A DNA stretch of 64,000 nucleotides from NCBI GenBank assembly GCA_964355105.1, contig CAYHCO010000018.1, positions 5,323 to 69,322 of the forward strand, given 5' to 3'. This DNA comes from an uncultured Porphyromonadaceae bacterium. Lineage in GTDB: Bacteria > Bacteroidota > Bacteroidia > Bacteroidales > UBA12481. Position numbers and translations under genes: made by a program. Below the pieces are notes generated by a model. That model did not search any database. It worked only from the letters and a program-made list of their open reading frames with translations, and was not told where the DNA came from. Below, piece after piece: positions 26,426 through 36,646 of this stretch. Position 1 is the stretch's first letter; the number at the start of each line of letters is the position of its first letter.

Positions 26426-26986
26426 CTATTCCGATTGCCTGAAATCCTTTTTCCAGATCACTTCGCCAACACCCAGGTCGTAGGCCGTTTTTCGCGCTAA
26501 AACAAAAAGGTAATCGGATAAGCGGTTGATATATTTGATGAGCATCGGATCAATATCGGCTTCCCTGGAGATGGTGATCATACGTCGTTCGGCACGCCGG
26601 CAAACCGTTCTGGCAATATGACAATAGGCAACTGACGCGTGGCCAGCCGGCAGAATGAAATTAGTCAGCTCCGGTATTTGATCCAGGAGGAAATCCATAG
26701 CCTTCTCCAGGTCAATGATATCATCTTCAAGAATATGAGGCAACTTTTGAAGCAGCTCATCATTATCGACCGCCAGGTTGGAGGTGACAATAAAAACGCG
26801 ATTTTGGATCCCGGTCAGCCGTGTCTTTTCGCCCTGGTCAGGAATGACCGATTGTATAAGGCCAAGATGTGAATTTAGTTCATCGACTGTTCCGTAAGCC
26901 TCCAGGCGAGGATGATCCTTTGGTACCCTGGTTCCTCCGGAGAGTGAGGTCTCGCCTTTATCGCCGGTTCTTGTATAAACTCTCAT
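26426..26986 (-). CDS. PduO-type ATP:cob(I)alamin adenosyltransferase
   Basis: 186 aa. N-terminus MRVYTRTGDKGETSL...EAYGTVDELNS. Confidence 0.9.
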   Translation of the reverse strand: MRVYTRTGDKGETSLSGGTRVPKDHPRLEAYGTVDELNSHLGLIQSVIPDQGEKTRLTGIQNRVFIVTSNLAVDNDELLQKLPHILEDDIIDLEKAMDFLLDQIPELTNFILPAGHASVAYCHIARTVCRRAERRMITISREADIDPMLIKYINRLSDYLFVLARKTAYDLGVGEVIWKKDFRQSE

Positions 26987-27008
26987 GATGAATACTTTTA
27001 CCTAAAGG

Positions 27009-28007
27009 TTAATTCTTGTTTTCCTCAATATTTATCAGTACCGGCCGGCCTTTCCTGAAATTCTGAACCAGACAGGTGATGGTCTCAGGATTATATAAAT
27101 CCTGTTGCGTTTGCCAGGATTGTGGCTTGACCTTTATTTCCTGACCGTAGATATCCAAAACAGTAATGACAGCTTCCATGCGGCCAAATAAATCGATTGT
27201 TTTTTGAAGGCCGGAATATTTGAAAGCATAGCTCTCCCCGATCTTATAAAACGGATGAACCGGTTCGATCAGACATTCTCCGTTCGGCTTGTATTTCACC
27301 ACCATGGCTTCGATAACCTGACCGGGTCTGAATCCATAATTAATATAGTGCATTAAAGGCAGCCGGTGGAAGTTTCCGATGGTATCCTTAAGAATATAGA
27401 ATTCCTCATTCTCGAAAGTCTTGATATCCTGCAATCTGAATGAGTAGATCAATCCTGCTTTCAATGAAGTGAATCTACTGGTCATAGCGGGTAAGGACAA
27501 AATCAATTCTCCTTTCTTAATCCGTTCAACCCTGCATGCCAGGTAACTGTATCCCGGCTCAATATCCTCCGCCTTATCGATGGGACATGACCACTCAAGA
27601 CCATGCAGGTCCCGTACCCAGGCGATGAGCTGGGTTCTCCCCAAAAAGTTTTCCTGCTCAGCAAGCCTGAGAACAAGAAAATCATACCGTTCACCGATTT
27701 TGTAGTACGGATGGTCGGGTTCAAGAAAAATCTTCCCTGAACAATTAACCTTATCAATGGTGCAAGTGATCACCTGACCTACTTTAAGATGGTAGTTTTC
27801 ATAGTATTGCTCAGGCAAGAGGTATTTTTTCTGATCCGGCCCCAGTAGGATAAAGTTGGCTTCATCAGTCCCCGGAAGCACCAATTTATTGGTAATCTGG
27901 AACTGAAACCGTTGTCCTTCCTTATAGATAATTTCTTCAGGCATTGAGCTATCCCAACCATTGCGATATGTAAAGATGCAAAAATATTTATCTTTAGTCC
28001 AGTGCAT
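27009..28007 (-). CDS. hypothetical protein with repeated OB/S1-like modules (start uncertain)
   Basis: 332 aa. Internal repeat signature EPxHPxYKIGExYxF occurs twice (DHPYYKIGERYDF, VHPFYKIGESYAF). Confidence 0.55.
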   Translation of the reverse strand: MHWTKDKYFCIFTYRNGWDSSMPEEIIYKEGQRFQFQITNKLVLPGTDEANFILLGPDQKKYLLPEQYYENYHLKVGQVITCTIDKVNCSGKIFLEPDHPYYKIGERYDFLVLRLAEQENFLGRTQLIAWVRDLHGLEWSCPIDKAEDIEPGYSYLACRVERIKKGELILSLPAMTSRFTSLKAGLIYSFRLQDIKTFENEEFYILKDTIGNFHRLPLMHYINYGFRPGQVIEAMVVKYKPNGECLIEPVHPFYKIGESYAFKYSGLQKTIDLFGRMEAVITVLDIYGQEIKVKPQSWQTQQDLYNPETITCLVQNFRKGRPVLINIEENKN

Positions 28008-28024
28008 GATTTAATAACAGTCCG

Positions 28025-28486
28025 ATGTCTGAGACCAGCAAAATTGACAGTATAGACAGACGTATCATGAGATTGCTGTCCGAAAAGGGAAGAATTTCAT
28101 TTCTCGAGGTTGCCCGCGAATGTGGAATGTCCGGAGCAGCTATCCATCAGCGGGTTGCCAAGTTAGAGCAGCAGGGAATCATTACCGGATACAGCGTGAA
28201 GCTTTCTCCCGAGAATCTGGGGTACAGCACATGTGCGTATGTCGGTGTTTTTCTCGAAAAGGCCATCATGTACCATTCGGTTGTCAAGGATCTGGAGAAG
28301 ATAAGTGAAATTGTGGAAGCCCATTATACCACCGGCAACTACGCTATTTTCCTGAAAGTTTACTGTCGGAATAACCAGCACTTAATGGATGTTCTCAATA
28401 GCCGCATACAGACGATTCCAGGCGTTGCCAGTACGGAAACGTTTATCAGCCTTGAACATGGGATTATGCGCGACGTGCAGCCCTGA
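28025..28486 (+). CDS. Lrp/AsnC-family transcriptional regulator
   Basis: 153 aa. N-terminal HTH (DRRIMRLLSEKGRISFLEVA) plus a C-terminal RAM-like domain. Confidence 0.9.
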   Translation: MSETSKIDSIDRRIMRLLSEKGRISFLEVARECGMSGAAIHQRVAKLEQQGIITGYSVKLSPENLGYSTCAYVGVFLEKAIMYHSVVKDLEKISEIVEAHYTTGNYAIFLKVYCRNNQHLMDVLNSRIQTIPGVASTETFISLEHGIMRDVQP

Positions 28487-28499
28487 CCGCGCAAAGGAT

Positions 28500-29987
28500 T
28501 TATTTGTTTTCGTCGACTGAGTCAAACCGGAATCCCCGGATCCTGTAGTCCTCGTTTATATCGAAATAGAGCCGGATAAAAGCTTCCTTGCTGTTGGTCA
28601 GCTGGAACACCTCGATATTCATCATCTGGTTGTCGGTAATCATGATCTGCCTGATCTTCAGCGGGCCGGTACGTTTTTGCAAATCCTTAAGATTTCTGAC
28701 AAGCGTATCGTTGCCAAATTTGTTTATCAGGCGGCTCGAAAGGCAGGTCTCCGTGAAAATCTTGAAATCCTTTTCCGTTCCGTTGGCCAGAAGGGTGAGG
28801 AATTTTCCGCCCAGAAAACCGAGCCGGTTATCAGGAAGGGAATCCAGGCATTGTGTTAGACTACCGGCAAGTTTTGGTTGATAATCCTTCCAGAAAATAC
28901 ATTTTGCAATTTCATAGGGGATGCTCTGATTTCCCTTTCTGTATTTGTTAGATAACATGATGATGGTTACCTTTTCATCAAGGTACCGCAGAAAATCAGA
29001 ATAAAACCGTCCGTTCCATCCATTGTGGGCAATCACATTTGTCTGCCTCATGGTTTTAAAGACCATCCACCCGTAACCCGATGAAGCCACTTCATCGATT
29101 TTAACAGACTGTTTGGGATAATAATATTTTCCTTTGGCTGATTCATTAAGTATTTGATCACCAATGAGTGCCTCATTCCAGGCAAACAGATCCATCACCG
29201 TGCTTAGCATGCCCCCGCTGGCCCTTCGGTTCCAGGAGGGTCCGTCCTCGACCCAACCGGCATCCATCGGTCCGCCCCAATCATTGCAAAACCTGTACCC
29301 ATGAGCAACGCTCGTGGAATTCCAATCCGGTGCACGGTATCCGGTATACCGCATTTTAGCAGGCTCGAAAAGGTTGGTTTGCAGATAACTTTCATAATCC
29401 ATACCGGAAATCACCTCAATCAGCAATCCTAAAAGATTGTACCCGGCATGAGAATAATGGTACACCATGCCAGGGAGGTTAATTAATTGTGTGTCATTGA
29501 TGCGGTTAAGCAACACTTCCCTGGTGATGACTTCGGTATCAGATCCGATATCTGTCGGTAATCCTGATGTATGGGTCAGCAACTGGTGAAAGGTAATAGA
29601 TCTTTTTTCTACTGAAATATTTGGCAAATACTTGCCGATGCTGTCTGTGACAGATAATTTGCCTTCCATCTCGAGTTTCAGTATTCCAGCACCGGTAAAT
29701 TGTTTCGTAATGGATCCGATATCAAAAGCAGTTTCAGGTGCATTAGGTACCTGCCTCTCTTTGTTCGCATAGCCGAACGATTTGATCATAGGTGCATTAC
29801 CGGGAGTCTTGACTAATACAACCCCATCAAAACCATTTTCACTTTCCCACTCCAAGTAACGGCTGATAACCTGCAGCGTAGAGTCCTGTAAAGGTTTACC
29901 CGGGCTGTTGCCTGGGGTGCAGCTAATTACTGTTAAACCCATTACCAGTGGCAATACCAATATTATATATAGCCGTTTGATTTTCAC
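28500..29987 (-). CDS. serine hydrolase (beta-lactamase/PBP4-like family), secreted
   Basis: 495 aa with a signal/lipoprotein peptide and SxxK motif SITKQF. Confidence 0.8.
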   Translation of the reverse strand: MKIKRLYIILVLPLVMGLTVISCTPGNSPGKPLQDSTLQVISRYLEWESENGFDGVVLVKTPGNAPMIKSFGYANKERQVPNAPETAFDIGSITKQFTGAGILKLEMEGKLSVTDSIGKYLPNISVEKRSITFHQLLTHTSGLPTDIGSDTEVITREVLLNRINDTQLINLPGMVYHYSHAGYNLLGLLIEVISGMDYESYLQTNLFEPAKMRYTGYRAPDWNSTSVAHGYRFCNDWGGPMDAGWVEDGPSWNRRASGGMLSTVMDLFAWNEALIGDQILNESAKGKYYYPKQSVKIDEVASSGYGWMVFKTMRQTNVIAHNGWNGRFYSDFLRYLDEKVTIIMLSNKYRKGNQSIPYEIAKCIFWKDYQPKLAGSLTQCLDSLPDNRLGFLGGKFLTLLANGTEKDFKIFTETCLSSRLINKFGNDTLVRNLKDLQKRTGPLKIRQIMITDNQMMNIEVFQLTNSKEAFIRLYFDINEDYRIRGFRFDSVDENK

Positions 29988-30074
29988 TCTGTAAAAATAG
30001 TTGGATGTAAATTACCGAGAGTCATGAATGTACCGCGAAAAACTTAAAAGATGTTAAACACGCAAACAGCCCAA

Positions 30075-31097
30075 TCAAATGGATTTCAGGATCTTAGGCA
30101 ATATTCCCGGGCCTTCATATATAAAACCGGTATATAATTGGACCAGAGTGGCGCCTGCCTCTATCTTTTCAACGGCATCCTCCGCTGACATGATACCCCC
30201 GGATGCAATTATCGGATACCTGTCACCCAGCTTGTCATGCAGATATTTGATCACCGCGGTGGAAGTCTCTGAAAGGGGCTTGCCGCTCAGACCCCCGGCG
30301 CCAATTGCATTCAATTCCTCCCGGGTATAGTCCAAGCTGTTTCTTTGGATACTGGTATTCGTGGCCACCAAACCGTCGATACCGGTTTCTCTGACCACTT
30401 CAATCACTTCATCCAGCTGAATGAATGAAAGATCGGGGGAAATCTTCAGCAAGATCGGTCGTTTTTCATCCATTTCTTTCCGGTAATCCACCAGGTGGTT
30501 AAGAATCTCCAGCAGATGGTCGCGGTTTTGAAGCTTACTGAGATCCTTAATATTAGGGCAACTAACGTTAACAATGAAGAAATCAACGCAGGAGTACAAT
30601 CCTTTAAAGCAGGTTAAATAATCTTTCCAGGCATCCTCGTTGCTGGTCAGTGTATTCTTACCAATATTCCCGCCTATGATAAATCCCTTTGGCCTGCGAA
30701 GCAGTCGTTGCCGGATCTTTTCCAGTCCGTCGTTATTGAAACCCATACGGTTGATGAGGGCCGAGTTCCTTTTTAGCCTGAATAACCGGGGTTTTGGATT
30801 TCCCCTCTGGCCAAGAGGGGTGACTGTTCCGATTTCCATAAATGAAAATCCCAGGTTCCTCATGAACTTAAGTGCTACAGCATTCTTGTCCAATCCACCG
30901 GCAATGCCAACCGGGTGATTAAGATTTAAACCAAGAAAGGCTCCATTTGCCAGCCGGTCGGTCTGTAAACGCGTAATGTTATTTCTTAGAATCTTACCCA
31001 GGAAAGGAAAGTGCCGGAAAAAGAAAAATGTGAAAGTGTGGATAAATTCAGGATCGAACAGGAAGAGGATCGGGCGGACAATTTTTCTATAAAACAT
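30075..31097 (-). CDS. pyrD: dihydroorotate dehydrogenase (quinone), class 2
   Basis: 340 aa with typical N-terminal extension and GGLSGKPL / ASGGI motifs. Confidence 0.9.
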   Translation of the reverse strand: MFYRKIVRPILFLFDPEFIHTFTFFFFRHFPFLGKILRNNITRLQTDRLANGAFLGLNLNHPVGIAGGLDKNAVALKFMRNLGFSFMEIGTVTPLGQRGNPKPRLFRLKRNSALINRMGFNNDGLEKIRQRLLRRPKGFIIGGNIGKNTLTSNEDAWKDYLTCFKGLYSCVDFFIVNVSCPNIKDLSKLQNRDHLLEILNHLVDYRKEMDEKRPILLKISPDLSFIQLDEVIEVVRETGIDGLVATNTSIQRNSLDYTREELNAIGAGGLSGKPLSETSTAVIKYLHDKLGDRYPIIASGGIMSAEDAVEKIEAGATLVQLYTGFIYEGPGILPKILKSI

Positions 31098-31143
31098 TCA
31101 TGCCGGGTTAATCGGCACAAATTTACATAAATCAACGAAATTT

Positions 31144-31572
31144 TCAGGATTCAGTTTTATCAGCCTTTAAAAACTCATCATAGGTATGATCCGAGTAAAA
31201 TATTAAAACCTTATCGACGTATCTGTCCTTAATTTTAATCTGATCTACCTGTTTTTCAATAGGTTTTGTCTCCTCAACCACTATCGGTTGCTGGGTTACC
31301 TGTGGAACGGAATCGAAAATTGAAGGTTCCCTGACTGCAGAAACTGGTTTTTCGGTATAATCCGACCGATACATGGCCCCGGTTCCGTTCAGCAACCATT
31401 CTGGATTGATCTTCGGAAAGCTTTGTATGGTTTTAACGATAAAATCCAGACTTGGATTATTTCTTCCGTTTATGATGTGGGACATGCTGCTGCGCTGCAC
31501 ACCGATCATGTCTGCGAAAGATCCGGAGGTCAATCCCTCCTTCAATATGATTTCTTTTATACGTTCTACCAT
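31144..31572 (-). CDS. XRE/phage-CI-like HTH protein
   Basis: 142 aa. HTH FADMIGVQRSSMSHIINGRNN and NPEWLLNGTGAMY, homologous to the island regulator at 18226-18585. Confidence 0.75.
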   Translation of the reverse strand: MVERIKEIILKEGLTSGSFADMIGVQRSSMSHIINGRNNPSLDFIVKTIQSFPKINPEWLLNGTGAMYRSDYTEKPVSAVREPSIFDSVPQVTQQPIVVEETKPIEKQVDQIKIKDRYVDKVLIFYSDHTYDEFLKADKTES

Positions 31573-32315
31573 GTAACAAATGTAAACAAATCAATGTAAT
31601 TCACAAAATCACAATTGTCAATTGTAAATATTCATTGATGTAAATTGTAATTCACAATTTGCAATTTTTTGCAATTTGTGATGGCACATGTAATTTTTAG
31701 AGGGCATATGTCAATTAATGCTTTAACCTCCACGTAAAGGCGAACATTCGGAGATTGCGAAGTAATACTGTTAACGGAACACCATATATTATTCGCACTT
31801 ATAAACGATATTATATCAATCTATTACAAGCTAGCCTGATTTACATGGTAAATTGGCCGGAATATCACCTCTTCTGCGCCTGTTTTAGTGTTAGTTAATG
31901 CACTAAAACATGATTTGAGAGGGGACAAAGCACTGTTAATCAATTAATATAATACAATTTAGTATTTGTAATTTCAAGACCCTCCGGTCAGGGGTCATTG
32001 GGACCTGTTTATCTATAGTTAAACAAGAGTAAATACTATCTAATTAACTGATTATTTGTTCACTATGAATTATTCAAGATGCATGTTATATACTTAATGA
32101 ATAATTTACAATTGACATTTATTGTGATTGGCATCTGTTAATTTAAACGGTTACTTTAGATAGAGCTATGTTAATTAGTATTGGATTCAGCCATGACGAA
32201 TGTAAATAGTGTGGGTAGGGCTAAATTGATTTCCTCATTTCCCTGCAAAATTTGATTCTTTATCGGGTAATGACAGCCATTTGTAAATCATTCAATTCTG
32301 GTTGAGGTATAGGCA

Positions 32316-32345
32316 TAAAAAAACAGGCCTAAGTGCCTGTTTTTC
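32316..32345. terminator. bidirectional rho-independent terminator
   Basis: A-tract, stem acaggc/gcctgt (32323-32328/32335-32340), then T-tract. Lies just 3' of tRNA-Gly on the minus strand. Confidence 0.55.
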
Positions 32346-32353
32346 TGTACCTG

Positions 32354-32425
32354 AGCGGGAAACGGGATTCGAACCCGCGACCCTCAGCTTGGGAAGCTGA
32401 TGCTCTACCCCTGAGCTACTCCCGC
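32354..32425 (-). tRNA. tRNA-Gly (anticodon CCC)
   Basis: The reverse complement reads GCGGGAGTAGCTCAGGGGTAGAGCATCAGCTTCCCAAGCTGAGGGTCGCGGGTTCGAATCCCGTTTCCCGCT. It forms a full cloverleaf with anticodon loop TTCCCAA. Confidence 0.9.
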
Positions 32426-32447
32426 CTGATTTGCTGCAAAAATAGAA

Positions 32448-33524
32448 TTATTTGTAGATTTTAGGTTCAAGTTCCCCATTAATAACCATTAGAACGTTCA
32501 GTGCCAGTGCGCGCATCTCATCTTCGCCCGGGAAGACCCTGATTTGTGAAATCCAGGCTATCCGGTAGGTAAGTAATTGTATGAACAGTTCATTGAAGGC
32601 AATACCACCAGTTACGAGGATGGCATCCACCTGCCCTTTCAGCACCACAGCGCATGCCCCTATTTCTTTTGCCACCTGGTAGGCCATGGCTTCATACACC
32701 AATTTGGCATAGCTGTCGCCCTTGCTGATGCGTTCTTCTATTACATTGGCTGCACTTGTTCCAAGGTAGGCAACCAGACCACCCTGCCCAACCACCATTT
32801 TGCGGATTTCTTCCTCTGGGTATTTCTTGCTGAAGCACATCGAGATCAATTGTCCAACCGGCAGTGTTCCGCTTCTCTCCGGAGAGAATGGCCCTTCGCC
32901 GTCCAATCCCTGGTTAACGTCGATAACACGGCCCTTTTCATGAGCTCCCACGGATATTCCTCCCCCCAGATGAGCCACAATAAGGTTCAGGTCGGAGTAT
33001 TTCCTTCCTATGGAATTGGCATAAGTCCTGGCAACGGCTTTCTGATTAAGGGCATGGAAGACCGAAACCCTGCTAAAAAGTGGATGTCCGGCAAACCTGG
33101 CCAGGTCGCTGAGCTCGTCCACAACGATGGGATCGGCAATGAAAGCCCTGGCGCCCGGGATTCTGGAGGCCAGATCATGGGCAATAAGCCCACCGAGGTT
33201 GCTGGCGTGCTCTACTGCCATCGGAGAAGTCAGATCGTTAATCATAGCCTCATTTACCTCGTAAACGCCTGATTCGATGGGTTTGATCAGTCCTCCCCTG
33301 CCGACAATGATTGAAATCCTTGTTATGTCGATCTCCGCTTCGATTAATTCCTTGATGATGATCTCTTTGCGGAACTCATATTGGTCGGTAACGCGTTGAA
33401 ACGGTTTTAAGTCTTCCGGAGAATGCTTGATGCTTTTCTGAAAAATAGGCCTGTTATTCTCGAATACTGCAATCTTGGTCGAAGTTGAGCCAGGATTAAG
33501 AACAAGGATTTCTTTCGGATTCAT
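32448..33524 (-). CDS. buk: butyrate kinase
   Basis: 358 aa. N-terminus ILVLNPGSTSTKIAVF; family pattern throughout. Confidence 0.9.
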   Translation of the reverse strand: MNPKEILVLNPGSTSTKIAVFENNRPIFQKSIKHSPEDLKPFQRVTDQYEFRKEIIIKELIEAEIDITRISIIVGRGGLIKPIESGVYEVNEAMINDLTSPMAVEHASNLGGLIAHDLASRIPGARAFIADPIVVDELSDLARFAGHPLFSRVSVFHALNQKAVARTYANSIGRKYSDLNLIVAHLGGGISVGAHEKGRVIDVNQGLDGEGPFSPERSGTLPVGQLISMCFSKKYPEEEIRKMVVGQGGLVAYLGTSAANVIEERISKGDSYAKLVYEAMAYQVAKEIGACAVVLKGQVDAILVTGGIAFNELFIQLLTYRIAWISQIRVFPGEDEMRALALNVLMVINGELEPKIYK

Positions 33525-33540
33525 TGTTTTCTTGGTTCTC

Positions 33541-34449
33541 TTATTTATGACCGGTCACCGCAGCAGCCAGCAATATGCTGTTTAGCTTGGCTTCTTCTGA
33601 ATCTGATCTGGAGGTAAGTACCACGGGTGCCGAAGCTCCGAGGATGACAGAGGCAACGAGGGAACCGGCAAAATAAGCCAGCGCCTTGTATAATACGTTG
33701 CCCGCCTCGATATCGGGCATGACCAGCAGGTCCGCATCACCAGCAACTTCACTGACCAGATTCTTATGTTCGGCACTCTCCCTGCTGATTGCTGTATCAA
33801 AAGCCAGCGGTCCCTCGACCAGGCAGTCACGTATGATATGGTCACGGTTCATCTGGGCAAGACCAGCGGCATCAACGGTGGCAGGCATCTGTTCGTTCAC
33901 CGTTTCCACTGCCGCTATGAGGGCTACTTTGGGATTTGAAATACCAAGTCGCTTAAGGAACTCAACCGCATTGCTGATGATGGCCACCTTGTCTTCCAAA
34001 GTAGGGGCAATATTGATTGCAACGTCAGTGATACCGAGCAGTTTATGGTATGCAGGGATCTCGAAGAGGGCAAAATGCGACAAAAGCGCTCCCTTTCGAA
34101 GGCCCCACTCCTTGTTGAGAACTCCCTTAAGCAACTGAGCCGTGCTGCATCCGCCCTTCATCAGGACATCGGCAATTCCGTCATGAACCAATGTTACGGC
34201 GATTTCAACCGCCTTGATCGTATCCGGCTCATCAACGATTTCCCAACTGTCAAGCTGAATATTTTCATCATGGGCAAGCTGAACGATCTGCTCCTTGTTC
34301 CCGACCAGCACAGGTTTGATAAACCCCTTTGCAGCAGCCTTTGACACCGCATCGAGGGCATAGGAATCCTGGGCAACGGCAAGTGCAAGCTTAACAGGTT
34401 GCTCCAGACCCTCCAGCAGTTTTTCGAGATCAGCTATTCTCTTCAACAT
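33541..34449 (-). CDS. ptb: phosphate butyryltransferase
   Basis: 302 aa PTA_PTB-family protein located next to buk. Confidence 0.85.
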   Translation of the reverse strand: MLKRIADLEKLLEGLEQPVKLALAVAQDSYALDAVSKAAAKGFIKPVLVGNKEQIVQLAHDENIQLDSWEIVDEPDTIKAVEIAVTLVHDGIADVLMKGGCSTAQLLKGVLNKEWGLRKGALLSHFALFEIPAYHKLLGITDVAINIAPTLEDKVAIISNAVEFLKRLGISNPKVALIAAVETVNEQMPATVDAAGLAQMNRDHIIRDCLVEGPLAFDTAISRESAEHKNLVSEVAGDADLLVMPDIEAGNVLYKALAYFAGSLVASVILGASAPVVLTSRSDSEEAKLNSILLAAAVTGHK

Positions 34450-35660
34450 TATCGTTTTGAAACAATTCTTTCAGTATCCTCAGCGATGACAAGCTCTTCG
34501 TTCGTTGTTACCACCATAGCTGTAACTTTCGAATTTTCACGTGTTATGACGACATCCTTTCCGCGTTTGCCCGCGTTCAGGGTAGGGTCAAAATCAACAC
34601 CCAGATAGGTAAGGCTTTCGCAAATGGCTTGGCGTGATTCCGGTCCGTTTTCACCGATACCGCCGGTGAAAATGATCAGGTCGACACCATTCATGGCTGC
34701 AGCGTAAGCACCGATATACTTGATAACCCGGTAATGGTACATATTCAATGCAAGCTGCGCCCGCTTGTTGCCCATGTCCCAGGCTTCCGTCTCAATTTCC
34801 CGCATGTCCGACGAAACCCCCGACACGCCCAACATTCCGCTATGCTTATTAATCAGCGTATTGGCTGTCTGCTGATCGATCTCCTCCTTATCCATAATGA
34901 AGGTGAGAACACCCAGGTCGAGATCGCCGGTGCGGGTACCCATGATCAGTCCTTCCACAGGCGTGAATCCCATCGATGTATCCACGGATTTGCCTTTATG
35001 GATGGCCGTTACCGAAGCACCGTTGCCCAGATGGCAGGTTATCATTTTAATCGCATGGTAATCCAGTCCGAGTATGCCGCAAGCCTTCTTGGCCACATAT
35101 TTGTGCGAAGTACCGTGAAAGCCGTACCGCCGGATTTTGTATTTGCTGTAAAGAGAATAAGGTATACCGTACATGAAAGCATAATCAGGGATGGTCTGGT
35201 GATAACTGGTATCGAAAACCGCCACCTGGGGAATGCCTGGGATTAACTGCGACATGGCATCAATTCCCTTCATGTTGGCAGGATTGTGCAAAGGTGCCAG
35301 TTCGAACAACTTGGCAATCTCAGTTCTCACATGCGGGTCGATAAAGGCACTGTCGGCAAAGTGCTCGCCGCCATGGGCAACGCGATGCCCTGCAGCATCA
35401 ATCTCGTCCAGGCCCTTCAGGCAGCCATGATTCTTGCTGGTAAGCACACCCAGAATATATTCAATACCACTCTGATGGTCAAGTATTTCCCCTTCAAGAG
35501 TGATCTTCTGTCCATCTTCTTTATAGTGTTTCAGAAAAGAACCCTTAAGACCAATTTTTTCAACGACACCCTTGGCCATAACGGTTTTATCCACCATGTT
35601 CCAAAGTTGATATTTAATGGATGAACTTCCGCAGTTCAAAACTAGAATCTTCATGGTCAA
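34449..35660 (-). CDS. ackA: acetate kinase
   Basis: 403 aa. ILVLNCGSSSIKYQLW, HRVAHGG, GFHGTSH motifs. Confidence 0.92.
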   Translation of the reverse strand: MTMKILVLNCGSSSIKYQLWNMVDKTVMAKGVVEKIGLKGSFLKHYKEDGQKITLEGEILDHQSGIEYILGVLTSKNHGCLKGLDEIDAAGHRVAHGGEHFADSAFIDPHVRTEIAKLFELAPLHNPANMKGIDAMSQLIPGIPQVAVFDTSYHQTIPDYAFMYGIPYSLYSKYKIRRYGFHGTSHKYVAKKACGILGLDYHAIKMITCHLGNGASVTAIHKGKSVDTSMGFTPVEGLIMGTRTGDLDLGVLTFIMDKEEIDQQTANTLINKHSGMLGVSGVSSDMREIETEAWDMGNKRAQLALNMYHYRVIKYIGAYAAAMNGVDLIIFTGGIGENGPESRQAICESLTYLGVDFDPTLNAGKRGKDVVITRENSKVTAMVVTTNEELVIAEDTERIVSKR

Positions 35661-35665
35661 AGAGT

Positions 35666-36625
35666 TTAAAAAGTTGATTTTTCGATACGCTGCCCATCAT
35701 TGTCATACGCGTAGAATCCCTGGTTGGTGATCCTTCCCAGCTGGTTTGCCCTGACCTTGCGCTTGAGAATTGGCGAAGCCTTGTATTTCATGTCACCAAA
35801 TTCGTTGTACAGGTTTTCCAGCCACCGCAGCACCTTGTCGAGTCCGATTTTGTCCGCCAGCTCGAAAGGTCCCATACCCAGACCCAGGCCGGTTCTCACG
35901 GAAAGGTCGATATCTTCCATCGTTCCAACACCCTCCATGTAGATCTCGCAGGCCTCGTTAATGAGGGTTGAAAACAGGCGGACCGACATCAGTCCCGGAC
36001 TCTCAACCACGGGGATCATCTTCTTGTCAATCAGCTTGATAAATTTCTTGACATTGTCGTAAGCTTCCTGCGAAGTGTACAAGCCACGTGCGACCTCAAT
36101 AATATTCGCAGCCGGGTTTGCTGTAGAGAAATGCAGGCTGACGCAACGATCCTTATATTTCAATTCCGATGACAGCTCAGTAGTAACGATGGTCGTAGAA
36201 TTGGTGGCAATGATGGTGGTAGGATCGACATATTCTTCAATACGCTTGAAAATTTCTTTCCTCAGACTGACCCTTTCCTCCCGTGAGCGGCTTTTTATTG
36301 CCTCGATAACCAGATCGCATCCGGCCAGGTCGCTGCACCTCATGGTACCCTTAATGCGGCTCATCACTCCCCTCTTCTCTCCCGATGTCATACCCCAGTG
36401 ATTGATCATATTGTCGAGTTCTGCCTCGATACCGCCGAGTGCGGCTTCGATTTTTTCCTCATCGAGCTCAACAAATGTCACCTCGATACCCTGTGATGCG
36501 ATCATGCGGGTAATGGTTTGCCCGACTGATCCGCAACCCACGACGCCCACCTTGGCGAATTGTGTTTTAGCACGGTTCTTTTTACTTAAAGCATATTGTT
36601 CAATGCTTTCAACTATATCAGCCAT
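35666..36625 (-). CDS. 3-hydroxyacyl-CoA (3-hydroxybutyryl-CoA) dehydrogenase family protein
   Basis: 319 aa with NAD-binding VGVVGCGSVG and a C-terminal 3HCDH domain pattern. Confidence 0.85.
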   Translation of the reverse strand: MADIVESIEQYALSKKNRAKTQFAKVGVVGCGSVGQTITRMIASQGIEVTFVELDEEKIEAALGGIEAELDNMINHWGMTSGEKRGVMSRIKGTMRCSDLAGCDLVIEAIKSRSREERVSLRKEIFKRIEEYVDPTTIIATNSTTIVTTELSSELKYKDRCVSLHFSTANPAANIIEVARGLYTSQEAYDNVKKFIKLIDKKMIPVVESPGLMSVRLFSTLINEACEIYMEGVGTMEDIDLSVRTGLGLGMGPFELADKIGLDKVLRWLENLYNEFGDMKYKASPILKRKVRANQLGRITNQGFYAYDNDGQRIEKSTF

Positions 36626-36646
36626 AATGATTTGAATAAAATTTTA

